From assembly GCA_031255715.1 (NCBI GenBank), contig JAIRRZ010000030.1, positions 349 to 64,348 on the forward strand: a stretch of 64,000 nt of DNA. Reading direction: 5' to 3'. This DNA is from Puniceicoccales bacterium. GTDB lineage: Bacteria; Verrucomicrobiota; Verrucomicrobiia; Opitutales; LL51. Both the position numbers and the translations under genes were made by a program. Below are positions 35,410 to 45,482 of this stretch, piece after piece; positions within the stretch are counted from its first letter, which is position 1; every line of letters starts with the position of its first letter. The notes beneath the pieces are model-generated. The model worked only from the letters and a program-made list of their open reading frames with translations, did no database searches and was not told where the DNA came from.

Positions 35410-37575
35410 TTAAAAATTACCTACAATAGCAGCAACAGAACCTGACTCTGCTTTTCGACCATCGTCAATAAAAACTGTCTGTTGTCTTTGTCGCGTCAAG
35501 GCAACATAGAGCAGGCGTTCCGCATTATTTTCATGGGCATGCGGATCTGACCACTCCTCGTATTGTCGTTTATTAATGGCAATTTTTTGGTCAATTACAA
35601 CAGGAAAAGTTCGTGGTGCAGGAATTGGCCTACGATTAATGAAAGGTATAATAACAACGGGCCATTCAAGTCCTTTCGCTTTATGAAAAGTATATAATTG
35701 AATAGCACCTCGATCAATCCACTCCAATTGGTAAATTTCTTGAGATTTTTTTTGTAATTGAAATAGAAAATCAGCACTACAGATGGATTCTGCGGCAAGT
35801 AGTTGCAATTTTTTATAAATTTCATAGTGAAATTTTTCACGAATAGCAATAATTTTCGCAATTAAATCAAATTCCAAGAATAGCAAATCGAAAATTTGTA
35901 AAGGTGATAGTGCCACACATTCAAGGCGAATATTTTGAAGATTTTGTTCAATCATTGTAATTTTAGGAATATCATGGGAGCGGAAATGGCGTGCGATGAT
36001 CGCATCGGGGAAACCAAAAATTTCACGTAAAATACCTGAAAATTCGAAACGATTTTGAGGGTTGAGTATTACTGTTACTAGGGCATGAAACCAAGAAAAT
36101 TCCGGAAATTCACTGTAAGTTTGTGTTGCAGAGTGAATTTGTAATTTCGGCATATTCGCCGTGCTTGAAAATGAATCGTAAATTTCATGTAACCAATTTT
36201 TCCGTGGACAAAGAATTGCTATTTCACTCCATGAAGAAACATTAAAATTTTGCGGATTTTTTTCGCAAAAAAAATGACAAATAAATGATAATTCATCTTT
36301 AAAAGGTGCACTGCTTAGGCGAAGCCAACCATGAACATGATCGGAAAAGGTATTCTTTTCTGGAGGAGGATTTTTAATTCCAGAAATAATCGGCGAAAAG
36401 AAAACTTGACCGTCTTTTCCATCTAAAATATGTGGAAAAATTTTATTAATTCGTTGGGCAATGTCTTGCCCGAAGCGCATAGTTACTGAAAAATTGAGCG
36501 ATTCTGCCGTACCATTTTCGATAAACGTATTATGAATTTTTTGATAAAATGAGACATCAGCGCGATCGGCGTAGATCGACTGCTGAGGATCGCCGACCAT
36601 ACAAAAATGGCCAGATACCGGAGGATTATTGAAAAAATTCATATTTACAACCGAGTGAGGTTGCGCCATTTTTAGCAGTAACTCAAATTGTAAATTATCC
36701 GTATCCTGAGCCTCATCAAGAATGACAAAAAAATCACATAATAAATCTTTAGCAGCTCCATGGTTTAGTAATTTAATAGAAAAATTTATCAGGTCATGAA
36801 ATGTAAATCGTTGCACATGCAAGCGAAATTGCTCGAATCGTCGTGCCAAATCATTAAAATAGAGCGCGCAAATTTGAGAACATTCATCCTCTGCGGAACG
36901 TAACAAAGACTCGTAGAGTGTAACAAATTCTTTGGAACTTGTGTTAATTTTCGGGAAAAGGATTTTTTGATTTTGCAACCAATAACAAAGATTTTGTTGA
37001 AATTTGGCAATATTGGCATTGTTTTTGGCCGGAAATTCAAGCAATGGTTCAAGGTGAAGCGGTAAAGAAATTTTGGGATCGATTATGAAATTTGTAATTT
37101 TTTCGTAATAGTGATCCATGACCAGCGAATATAAAGCTTCTCTGGAAACAAATTTTCCAATAACAGGCGGAATAAAACTTTCACTTTTGATGCTTTGCAA
37201 AAAATCATTCCACAATGAATGTTCATTTTTTTCAATTTCAAAATCCGAAACAACATCAATAAAATATCCGTATTTTCGCAGCAGTTGATCGGCGAAAGCA
37301 TGGATTGTTCCAAAGAAAATTTCCTTATAATAATTCAAACTTCCATTAATTTTCTGAGTTTCCCATAGTGTTCTTTGGCGCAATTCTTCGGCAGCCTTAT
37401 TTGTATAGGTCACGATGATCAGTTTTTCCGGAGGGATCGATTGCTTGGCAATGATATTGGCGATGCGCCGGGTTATAGCCGTCGTTTTTCCGGTACCCGC
37501 TGGAGCAATAACCGAAAAGTTACAGTTATGTTCCTCTATAAAGCGCCTACGAATATCCTGATCTTTAGGGTTCAT
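35410..37575 (-). CDS. UvrD/Rep/PcrA-family (superfamily 1A) DNA helicase, divergent
   Basis: Walker A APAGTGKTTAI, TIHAF, DEAQDTDNLQFELL, MVGDPQQSIY, TFHKAKGLEWPVVII and RLLYVALTRQRQ. No C-terminal nuclease motif was recognised. Confidence 0.8.
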   Translation of the reverse strand: MNPKDQDIRRRFIEEHNCNFSVIAPAGTGKTTAITRRIANIIAKQSIPPEKLIIVTYTNKAAEELRQRTLWETQKINGSLNYYKEIFFGTIHAFADQLLRKYGYFIDVVSDFEIEKNEHSLWNDFLQSIKSESFIPPVIGKFVSREALYSLVMDHYYEKITNFIIDPKISLPLHLEPLLEFPAKNNANIAKFQQNLCYWLQNQKILFPKINTSSKEFVTLYESLLRSAEDECSQICALYFNDLARRFEQFRLHVQRFTFHDLINFSIKLLNHGAAKDLLCDFFVILDEAQDTDNLQFELLLKMAQPHSVVNMNFFNNPPVSGHFCMVGDPQQSIYADRADVSFYQKIHNTFIENGTAESLNFSVTMRFGQDIAQRINKIFPHILDGKDGQVFFSPIISGIKNPPPEKNTFSDHVHGWLRLSSAPFKDELSFICHFFCEKNPQNFNVSSWSEIAILCPRKNWLHEIYDSFSSTANMPKLQIHSATQTYSEFPEFSWFHALVTVILNPQNRFEFSGILREIFGFPDAIIARHFRSHDIPKITMIEQNLQNIRLECVALSPLQIFDLLFLEFDLIAKIIAIREKFHYEIYKKLQLLAAESICSADFLFQLQKKSQEIYQLEWIDRGAIQLYTFHKAKGLEWPVVIIPFINRRPIPAPRTFPVVIDQKIAINKRQYEEWSDPHAHENNAERLLYVALTRQRQQTVFIDDGRKAESGSVAAIVGNF

Positions 37576-37632
37576 GTTCGTGGACTATACATTTTGAAAA
37601 AGCTCGACAATAACGAATACGCGGAAACCAAA

Positions 37633-38355
37633 TTACCGTTTCCGATAGGAAGTAACATCCAAGGAAGAAGGAGAAATTTTTAAGTTGAGTTGCCAATTTT
37701 CAACGCCAAGGGCATTTGCCTCATTGATAATATCAATAATTTTTGCATTCCATTTATTGCGCTCTGGCATAGAAAAAGGAATTGCATCATACATGAAACA
37801 TAGTGCAACAATGGCTCGGTTTCCGGTCTGTGCAAGGCGGGCAAGTGTTTGAAAATGGCGTAGACCGCGGTCAAAAAATGTGTTCGACGGAGGCCGCGAA
37901 AAGTGATCCCCCGGTAAAAGAAGTAGGTCATGGATAGGCGTTTTAAGCTCCAAAAATATACATTTTTCTCCATTTTTGACAACGAGATCAATGCGTGAAT
38001 CGTCGATTTTAACCTCGTGGTGCACGGAACAACCCTCCATATCGATCATAGCCGGAAAAGCATTTTTTCGTAAAAGATGTTCAATCCAACCGTTGATCCG
38101 ATTTTGGTTAATTCCAATCCAATCGATACCGCAATTAATGGAAATAGCTTCAACGGTTCCCTGAGTTGTACGCTTTCCATCATTAGCCGCCGGTGTAAAA
38201 AGACAAGGAATTCCGCGAAAGTCATCAACAAGGCCAATTTTACCCGTTACAGGACAATGCCATCGTTGCATTTTTCCGTCTGCTATTCCCTCGAAAATAA
38301 AACGATTGGGGCGGTTAGTGAGTTCTCCAATGTGTAAATTCAATGGAATGCCCAT
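37633..38355 (-). CDS. sfsA: SfsA-family protein (sugar fermentation stimulation protein homolog / nuclease fold)
   Basis: RPNRFIFEG, HCPVTGKI, SRIDLVV, FLELKT, FDRGLRHFQTLARLAQTGNRAIVALCF and GVENWQLNLKIS align in order with the E. coli SfsA motifs as I recall them. Confidence 0.7.
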   Translation of the reverse strand: MGIPLNLHIGELTNRPNRFIFEGIADGKMQRWHCPVTGKIGLVDDFRGIPCLFTPAANDGKRTTQGTVEAISINCGIDWIGINQNRINGWIEHLLRKNAFPAMIDMEGCSVHHEVKIDDSRIDLVVKNGEKCIFLELKTPIHDLLLLPGDHFSRPPSNTFFDRGLRHFQTLARLAQTGNRAIVALCFMYDAIPFSMPERNKWNAKIIDIINEANALGVENWQLNLKISPSSLDVTSYRKR

Positions 38356-38548
38356 GAAGCCCTCTTAATGGTTTTTGTCCATGGTGCAAATTATTTAATG
38401 ATAAAAAAAATAGCAAAAGAAACATTTACTCTTATCCTGATTCATTATAATCTGCAATTTAGTCCACCCTACTGTTGTATTTTGCCATTAAATGCTCGTA
38501 TTTTTTTTAATTCATCAGACATTTTATTAGAACTGCCAATGGAAATCT

Positions 38549-39262
38549 TCAATTTCTAATGATATGATCGATGACGCTTAATAGGTATAGCGCTGCAGTT
38601 TCAGCACGGAGAATATGTTTTCCCAGGTGAATAAAGTGGAAATTTTTTTGGCCAAGATCGTAGTATTCTTCTTCGGAAAAATCACCTTCAGGACCAATTA
38701 AAATCGCAATGGGATTATTTTTAATCTCCGATTGGTACTGGAAAATATTTTTCGAATTTTTGTGAAGTGCGGCAACGAACGTTGGTATGGAAAATTGTAA
38801 ATCCTTTAGTTTTCGAGGTATTTCGATGATAGGGAGATACGGATTCCCCGATTGTTTACAGGCTTCACGGACGACACGATTCCAATGCACCTGTTTGTCT
38901 GCGATATTTTGAATTTTAACCTCTGAATTTTGCGTGCACAGAGGAATAATTTTTGCGATACCGATCGCCGTTGCTTCACGGATAAGAAAATCCATGGCTT
39001 TACTTTTCAAAAGAGCAGGGCATAGCGTAATGTTCGAAAGTGTTGCATGGGCTAAATCATCAACAATAATTTTTTGGCTTTTGGAGTCGATAACATGGGC
39101 ATGCGCATAGCTCCCTTGGCCGTTTAAAATCATTACACTTTCTCCGGATTTTGCTCGCAAAACATGAAATAAATGGTGAGCTTCGTCCTCTTCGAGGCAG
39201 ATTTGAACGCCTCTTTCCAATTTTCCAGAGTAAAAAGCTCGCAACACAAAATTATTCCACAA
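38549..39262 (-). CDS. rsmE: 16S rRNA (uracil1498-N3)-methyltransferase RsmE
   Basis: HHLFHVLRAKSGESVMILNGQG, ALLKSKAMDFLIREATAIG and the C-terminal IGPEGDFSEEE...LGKHILRAETAAL. Confidence 0.88.
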   Translation of the reverse strand: MWNNFVLRAFYSGKLERGVQICLEEDEAHHLFHVLRAKSGESVMILNGQGSYAHAHVIDSKSQKIIVDDLAHATLSNITLCPALLKSKAMDFLIREATAIGIAKIIPLCTQNSEVKIQNIADKQVHWNRVVREACKQSGNPYLPIIEIPRKLKDLQFSIPTFVAALHKNSKNIFQYQSEIKNNPIAILIGPEGDFSEEEYYDLGQKNFHFIHLGKHILRAETAALYLLSVIDHIIRN

Positions 39263-40031
39263 TAAATTTTACATCTTTGCTGGCAACCCAGCCATTTTTA
39301 CCTTTCCCCAGGGAAACATAGACAAATTGATTGCATCTCTCGCGGACAGAAAATGGTGTACCCTTTGCAACTTTTTCAGCGATACCGGATTGGTTAGAGG
39401 GAGCAACGTGGACCAGTGTATTATTTTTTATTGCAATGCACTTGTTCTTAATCGTGCTCGCCCACCAAAGCAATCCCGTACAAATTACCCACAATAATTC
39501 GCAAATATAAACAAAAGCTCGGCGCTTGTTACCTTTGCTACGCCTCCGAATCAACACAAAAATGCCGAGCCAAAAGAAAATGAATTCCAAAATAGTAAGC
39601 ATATTCATGTAAAATCGCGTTTGCAGGATTGAAATGAAATTTCTCTGTCGCGGTGTTAGGTCTAAAATTTGGAATGCAGCGGTCAAAGCTTTGTGATGTG
39701 GACTGATTTGCCGTGCCTTTTCAAAAGCAATCCATGCTGCCGTCCTATCATTATTTTTCAGATAAGCGCATCCGAGATTGAAATATTGAGCAAAGGAATG
39801 ATCCGGAATTTTTTCTAGAGTAGCGATAGTTTCTGCACTTTTATTAGCAACAAATGCCTCATTTGCGGCAAAAAATTGTTGCGATGGGGCTGTACCTGCT
39901 CCGGAAACTTTTTCGACAGAAACTTGTTGCGTTCCCGTCTCATTTTTTTCGACAATTGATTCTTCGGACATCGACGCTGTTCCTGATTTTATAAGCAAAA
40001 ATGTTAAACAAAAAAAATGTATTTTCTTCAT
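39252..40031 (-). CDS. BatE-like protein (signal peptide, TPR, TM segments, C-terminal SH3b-like domain)
   Basis: TPR-like AQYFNLGCAYLKNNDRTAAWIAFEKARQISP, two TM segments, and a C-terminal ...GKGKNGWVASKDVKFI. It is the last gene of the Bat-type operon. Confidence 0.6.
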   Translation of the reverse strand: MKKIHFFCLTFLLIKSGTASMSEESIVEKNETGTQQVSVEKVSGAGTAPSQQFFAANEAFVANKSAETIATLEKIPDHSFAQYFNLGCAYLKNNDRTAAWIAFEKARQISPHHKALTAAFQILDLTPRQRNFISILQTRFYMNMLTILEFIFFWLGIFVLIRRRSKGNKRRAFVYICELLWVICTGLLWWASTIKNKCIAIKNNTLVHVAPSNQSGIAEKVAKGTPFSVRERCNQFVYVSLGKGKNGWVASKDVKFIVE

Positions 40032-40040
40032 AATAGCTCC

Positions 40041-41879
40041 CTATTTTTTATTTTTTACGTTTTCCATAAACTGTAATATTTTCTCGATTTGCCGCAAAAT
40101 GTGCAATTTTTCTACCTTCTTTTTGCCAAAATTTGCTGCATCTGCTTCATTAAAAAATTCTTCCAACCATGAAATCTGAGAATATCCCTGTTCTTTTAAC
40201 CGCTTAAATGCCGCCATTCGATGTTCATAATCATCGCTTGCGATGTTCAATTTCTCTTTCAAAATTCCTAGAGATAACCTATAAAATTCCACAAAATTAC
40301 CGCTTTCAACGGCTTTCAATAGGCGTTGCTTCTCTCGCCTAACATTCCATTTCTTACCTTTTTTCCGAACGACACCCGATAGTTTGAGCGTTTTCAAAAA
40401 TAATACTATGGCCAAAAACAGCAGTACACCCTGGATCCACCAGAAGTATGTATTGTAATAAAGTGGCTTTAAACTTTTATAATGTTCAGTATCTTTGGAG
40501 AGAAGATGCAGCGAATGGTCTAATACGGTACGATCAGCTTCGGCAACATCGGTAGTGGAAGCATTCTTAGTACCGGAATACGCGTCCGTGGAACGGGAAA
40601 CAAGAATGGATTTCTTGGCCATATCGGCAGTTGCCGTTTCATAGGTCCCCGTTTTCGGAGAGAAATACACGAGACTAATTTCTGGGAGAGCAATTTGGCC
40701 CGTTCTTTGAGGAATGATTACGTATTCAATCGTTTTTGTTCCTCGAAACTCGCCTTCATCCTGAGCTTTGAAAGTACACTTCGGCGCAAAACATTGCCAA
40801 TCTCTATTGGTTGCAAATAGAAGGCGCTGGATACGGGAAAAATTTCCCTGACCTACAACATCCACGGTCAATGTAATCGGTTCACCAACAAGTACCTGAT
40901 CGGAAGATAGGTGAGGATTTTTTAGGGAGAATTGCCCAATACCGCCCGTAAAATTTTCCGGCGCTTGGGGAAGAGGAAGAACTTCAACTGCAATGGGATC
41001 TGTGGTGAAATTGCGTTGTACCTGTTCTGCGAATGAAAAAAATCCCATTTTTCTTAGCACCTGCAAAACACAGGAAACATTGAACATCAAGGAGGTTTGT
41101 CCATTTTTTACTGGTGTGATAAATGTCCGCCAGGTATAAATTTCGCGATTGTCGTGGATTTTGGATTCCGGTTGTTTGGAAAGCTCTGATTGTAAAAAAT
41201 CGCCACCAATTAATTCTGCTCGAATATTACTAGCGAGTTGCGTTGTTTCACTGGGGCTGACCGAAATCATTGCGGGAATAACTTGACCAACGTAAACTTT
41301 TTGGCTTGCAATATCTACGCTAATCTGAACAGGCTGACCTTGTGATTGCGGCCTACTATTATTGTGTGCGTTTGGATCCTGAGAAACGGTCAACACAGAA
41401 GATGGAATAGTATAGCGTTCACCGGCAATTACAATTTCGTATTCAGGAACCTCGATTGTCCCCGCCCGTTCTGGAATAAATGTAAAAACATAAGAAGTTT
41501 TTTGGGTGAGCGCACCATTGATATTCGAAGAGGATTGATAAACCTGTTCGCTAAGCTTGTAGAGACCATCGATTTTAGGTAAATTAAAATTTAAAGGACC
41601 GAGGTTTATAAATTCGACGAGATAACGCACTTCTTTACCAACGCCAATCTGGTCAGGCTCAAAGCGAGCAGCAATACTAGCATTTATGGCTTTGCCTCCA
41701 CTTGTGCTGGAACCCATCAGAGCCTCATCTTCGCTTTCGTCAGGGAAAAAGTTATCACCCAAAGCGCTATCGAATAGATCAAACACATCGTCCACTGAAT
41801 GATAGGAGGATCTGGCGACGATATGTCTTGCGCCTATAAACAAAAATATGAATAATGTTATTAAAAATCGCGTTTTCAT
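40041..41879 (-). CDS. BatD-like oxygen-tolerance protein
   Basis: The start is taken at ATG 41879 (MKTRFLITLFIFLFIG signal), just after the upstream stop. It has large beta-rich repeats and a C-terminal TM (WWIQGVLLFLAIVLFL) followed by a helical tail. The listed ORF extends to 41951. Confidence 0.65.
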   Translation of the reverse strand: MKTRFLITLFIFLFIGARHIVARSSYHSVDDVFDLFDSALGDNFFPDESEDEALMGSSTSGGKAINASIAARFEPDQIGVGKEVRYLVEFINLGPLNFNLPKIDGLYKLSEQVYQSSSNINGALTQKTSYVFTFIPERAGTIEVPEYEIVIAGERYTIPSSVLTVSQDPNAHNNSRPQSQGQPVQISVDIASQKVYVGQVIPAMISVSPSETTQLASNIRAELIGGDFLQSELSKQPESKIHDNREIYTWRTFITPVKNGQTSLMFNVSCVLQVLRKMGFFSFAEQVQRNFTTDPIAVEVLPLPQAPENFTGGIGQFSLKNPHLSSDQVLVGEPITLTVDVVGQGNFSRIQRLLFATNRDWQCFAPKCTFKAQDEGEFRGTKTIEYVIIPQRTGQIALPEISLVYFSPKTGTYETATADMAKKSILVSRSTDAYSGTKNASTTDVAEADRTVLDHSLHLLSKDTEHYKSLKPLYYNTYFWWIQGVLLFLAIVLFLKTLKLSGVVRKKGKKWNVRREKQRLLKAVESGNFVEFYRLSLGILKEKLNIASDDYEHRMAAFKRLKEQGYSQISWLEEFFNEADAANFGKKKVEKLHILRQIEKILQFMENVKNKK

Positions 41880-41880
41880 A

Positions 41881-43686
41881 TTACCAAAACTTTTCAGGAT
41901 TTCCTGGACGTATACTAACAGGTAACCGTTTAAAAGGCAATTTTTTTTCATTATTTTCCAATGAATTTAGTAACTGTAAGGCTTCTGCACGGGTCATTTG
42001 ACCATCAGGAGTTCGTTCTTGAGGTTGAGATGTATAATCTTCTTGCATATTTGGAAAAGGTTGTTCTTCGGATGTTTCTTTATCCTTTCTCTCCGAATTT
42101 TCCTGTTGTTTATCGGATGGATTGGATTGATTCTGATCGAAGTTTTGCTCCTTGTCTTCATCCTTGTTCTGATCGGACTTTTGCTGATTCTGTCGCTCTT
42201 GCTGATCCTTCAACTTTCGAATTTCTTCTTCGACGTACTGCAAATTTTGCTTAGCATCGTTAAATTGGGGGTCCAAATCAATGGCTGATTGAAAGTTTTT
42301 CTTGCTATCTTCCCATTGTTGAAGCTTACCCTGAGGGTCAGTTAAACCCATACCCTTTTGAAAAAAGGTATGGCCAAGATTATAAAATACGTTTTTTTGC
42401 AATTCAACTGGTGCATCTGGAAGCGCTTGCTTGAAAGATTTTTCTGCTCCCTCGTAATCCCTCATAGTCAATAATGTCGTACCTTTATTGTAAAGGATAG
42501 CGTTGTTATTAGGATTTTTTGCAAGGGTTTCATCGTAAAACTCCAATGCCTCTCCAAACTTTCCTTCCTTGTATAACGCTTCTCCACGACTATCCCTAGC
42601 GGAAAGCTGTGAGAAACTTAGAAGTAGTAATATGGCCAAAGCAGACAATTGATAGTAAATCGAAACACTATATCTCGTTTGTTTGCGTGCCGTATGGATT
42701 AGCATTTCCAAAATCAGAAGCAAAAATCCAAGCAGCAAAAATACTTGGTAACGCTCCTGAGGGATTTTTTCGATGTAGCTATTTTCTGCCGATTTTTCTT
42801 TAAGTATGGGAAATTTTTCGAGAATATCTCTTTTTAGCTGTTCCAATGCTCGAGGCGACAGACGATAATACTGGCCATCGGTAATTTCTGCAACTTTTTG
42901 CAGCGTTTCTTCGTCAAGCATCGTTCTTACGACCTGACCCTTGCGATCTCGTAGTTCCTCGGGAAAGCCCGTTTTTGCCGAAACAACGGGAATTGTACTA
43001 CCTTCCGGTGAACCAATGCCAATCGTAAAAACGAAAATTTCAGCATCCTTGGCCTGCTTAGCGCCACCAATTGCACTTTCTGCAAGTTCTTCGCCGTCGG
43101 AAAAAAGAAGCAATAATCTTTGGTTATGCGCTCGGCTATATACTTTTTCTGCTAACTCAAGTGCCGAATGGATTGCTGTACCTGGTACGGGAATTAGGTC
43201 GGTGTCCAACGCATTTAAGCTTTGTGTAAATGCATTGTAATCCAAAGTTAACGGACATTGCAAAAACGAGGTACCGGCAAAGGCAATTAGACCCACCCGA
43301 TGTCCGGAAAACTTTTGCAATAGGTCCAAAATTGCTAATTTTGTGCGCTCCAGACGATTGGGTTTGATATCATCGGCCAACATACTTTTGGAAACATCAA
43401 CCGCGACCAATAAATCAACCCCCTGCGTATAGCGCTCCTCTTCCTTATATCCCCAGCGCGGTGCCGCAAGAGAAAATCCAATAAATAAAATTGCTGCTAA
43501 AAATAGCATGTGCTTGAATTTTTCCCGGGCAGGGCTGTAATTTTGTAAAACGACGGGGAAAAGGCGTTCTGCCGTAAATTTTCGCAAAAGACGGTACTTC
43601 CTTCGTCGTCCCCATATCAAAAAAAGTAATACAAAAAGCCCCCAAATGGGTAATAAAAATAAAAAAATGTAGTTACCGATGCTCAT
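41881..43686 (-). CDS. BatB-like vWA-domain membrane protein fused to a BatC-like TPR region
   Basis: Two N-terminal TM segments and a vWA MIDAS motif (LLVAVDVSKSM). A mid-protein TM precedes TPR repeats (GKFGEALEFYDETLAKNPNNNAILYNKG...). The tail is acidic and Q-rich. Confidence 0.75.
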   Translation of the reverse strand: MSIGNYIFLFLLPIWGLFVLLFLIWGRRRKYRLLRKFTAERLFPVVLQNYSPAREKFKHMLFLAAILFIGFSLAAPRWGYKEEERYTQGVDLLVAVDVSKSMLADDIKPNRLERTKLAILDLLQKFSGHRVGLIAFAGTSFLQCPLTLDYNAFTQSLNALDTDLIPVPGTAIHSALELAEKVYSRAHNQRLLLLFSDGEELAESAIGGAKQAKDAEIFVFTIGIGSPEGSTIPVVSAKTGFPEELRDRKGQVVRTMLDEETLQKVAEITDGQYYRLSPRALEQLKRDILEKFPILKEKSAENSYIEKIPQERYQVFLLLGFLLLILEMLIHTARKQTRYSVSIYYQLSALAILLLLSFSQLSARDSRGEALYKEGKFGEALEFYDETLAKNPNNNAILYNKGTTLLTMRDYEGAEKSFKQALPDAPVELQKNVFYNLGHTFFQKGMGLTDPQGKLQQWEDSKKNFQSAIDLDPQFNDAKQNLQYVEEEIRKLKDQQERQNQQKSDQNKDEDKEQNFDQNQSNPSDKQQENSERKDKETSEEQPFPNMQEDYTSQPQERTPDGQMTRAEALQLLNSLENNEKKLPFKRLPVSIRPGNPEKFW

Positions 43687-44714
43687 GGTATGCGTTGAAA
43701 TTTTGTGTTACACAATAAATATTCTAACAATAAGAGAAACAAAGCCAAACCTATGAACCAGAGAAAAAAATCCCTGGCAATGGCGTATTGCTTAATTTTT
43801 ACGTCCGATTTTTCCAACTGATCGATGGTGTGGTAAATTTCTGCTAACTGCTTTTTATTTTCCGCACGGAAAAATTGACCATGTGTTATTTCTGCGATTT
43901 TTTTAAGCAGTGGTTCATCAATACTCGCCGTTGCTTGGAGAATGACTGGTTGACCAAAGGGATCCGTCACAACATTGCCGTGTTCGTCGGGATAAGCAAA
44001 ATTGACGACGCCCTGTTTTCCAATACCGATGGTATAAATCCGAATATTGAGTACCGAAGCCGTTTCCGTTGCGATAAGAGGGGCAATGCTTCCTGCTGTG
44101 TTACTGCCATCGGTTAAAAGAACGATAATTTTTGTCTTTGCTTCGGAATTTTTTAGGCGATTGGCACACATCGCAATCGTATTACCAATGGCTGTACCGT
44201 CTTCCACCAAATTGATATGTAGGCGCTCTAGATTTTCAATAAGCCACTCATGGTTGAGGGTCACCGGACTTACCAGGTAGGGGGAACCGGCAAAGGCACA
44301 CATACCCATGCGATCATTGGGCCGACTTTGAATAAATTCCTTTGTGAGTTGCTTAGCAATATCGAGACGCGTTGTCAGCTTTTGCTCTTTCCGTTCCTGG
44401 AAATCAAGGCCCATCATCGATGATGAAATGTCAATTGCGAGCATAATGTCGATACCATTGGAGCTAGTCTCCGAAGAACGCAAAATATACTGTGGCCTGG
44501 CAAGCGCAATAATCACACTTATTAGGGCGAAAAAACGCAGTATTTTGAGTAATTTATCGCATTTTAAGCGTTGTCCCGTTGCTTTTTTCAAAAACTCCAG
44601 ATGGGAAAATTTGACAGTTGCCGTACGGTAGAATTTTTTTTGCAAATATAATGCCAACGGCAAGAGAAGTAGGAACCAAAGGTACTGTGGACTGTGAAAT
44701 TCAAAGGAAATCAT
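43683..44714 (-). CDS. BatA-like vWA-domain membrane protein
   Basis: N-terminus FEFHSPQYLWFLLLLPL, MIDAS motif IMLAIDISSSM, VLLTDGSNTAG and a C-terminal TM. It has 4-nt overlaps with both neighbours. Confidence 0.8.
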   Translation of the reverse strand: MISFEFHSPQYLWFLLLLPLALYLQKKFYRTATVKFSHLEFLKKATGQRLKCDKLLKILRFFALISVIIALARPQYILRSSETSSNGIDIMLAIDISSSMMGLDFQERKEQKLTTRLDIAKQLTKEFIQSRPNDRMGMCAFAGSPYLVSPVTLNHEWLIENLERLHINLVEDGTAIGNTIAMCANRLKNSEAKTKIIVLLTDGSNTAGSIAPLIATETASVLNIRIYTIGIGKQGVVNFAYPDEHGNVVTDPFGQPVILQATASIDEPLLKKIAEITHGQFFRAENKKQLAEIYHTIDQLEKSDVKIKQYAIARDFFLWFIGLALFLLLLEYLLCNTKFQRIP

Positions 44715-45340
44715 AATGCAGAAGGCGTAGAAGTCATCGATTTAGATTGTCGCTGGGCCCGACGAACGTCGCGGGAAAAGTAACATGTTTTCAAAAAAAG
44801 GTCCCTTTGGAGATCGAACGATAAATCTTCTCCTGCGAATTTAGCTATGTCTGAGTATTGTAAAATATCGCTCAGCATACTCACTTTTTCCCAGGAAAAT
44901 TTCGCCGATTTTCCAAAAATTTTCAAAAATTCCTCTGTCGTTCGACAGGTTATCGGCAATTTATACTCACGTTGTAAATAGGATTTTAACGCATCACAGA
45001 GCGCTGAACAAAAATATTTGGCATTGCGTTCTCCCATATTCAATCTAGCTTTATGTAGATCTTTTAAAAACTGCTGAAAAGAAGTAAGAGTGATTTCTGC
45101 CGCCGAACGTTTTTTTAAGATTTTTTTTATCCCCCAAAAGGCAAATAATATTAGCAGCAATAGACCAAGGAAGATCCATAAAAGGTGCCAATAATTTCCA
45201 GTTGGAACGGGAGGAAGCGGTGGTAAAAGCAATGGCGGAGCATTCTTCGTGGAATCCAATGGCACGGTGGCGTATGAAAAAAAACAAAATGATGTTAAAC
45301 ATGCGCCAAAAACAACTTTTGCCGATTTAATTTTCATCAT
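44711..45340 (-). CDS. DUF4381-like membrane protein of Bat operons
   Basis: Signal peptide, a proline-rich stretch, a TM (YWHLLWIFLGLLLLILFAFWG), then a cytoplasmic helical domain with ...CRTTEEFLKIF. This topology and position are typical upstream of batA. Confidence 0.5.
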   Translation of the reverse strand: MMKIKSAKVVFGACLTSFCFFSYATVPLDSTKNAPPLLLPPLPPVPTGNYWHLLWIFLGLLLLILFAFWGIKKILKKRSAAEITLTSFQQFLKDLHKARLNMGERNAKYFCSALCDALKSYLQREYKLPITCRTTEEFLKIFGKSAKFSWEKVSMLSDILQYSDIAKFAGEDLSFDLQRDLFLKTCYFSRDVRRAQRQSKSMTSTPSAL

Positions 45341-45482
45341 TTATATATAAAATATTTTTAGACCAAAGATTGTCAAGCCACCTTGGAATCGCTATACGTA
45401 AATTCTTTCCCATAATTCAAATTGATTAGCGGCATCTTTCTGCCTTGAATTTACATAAAAATATCTATGAATAGCCTGAAGT

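Noticed and set aside
35410..38355. UvrD-like helicase plus SfsA-like nuclease-fold protein as a two-gene defence system (Gabija-like logic)
   Set aside because: The helicase carries all standard SF1A motifs and no extra domains I can see. SfsA is a widespread housekeeping-type family. The genes are separated by 57 nt, sit among core genes, and no ATPase/TOPRIM partner is present. Adjacency alone is insufficient.
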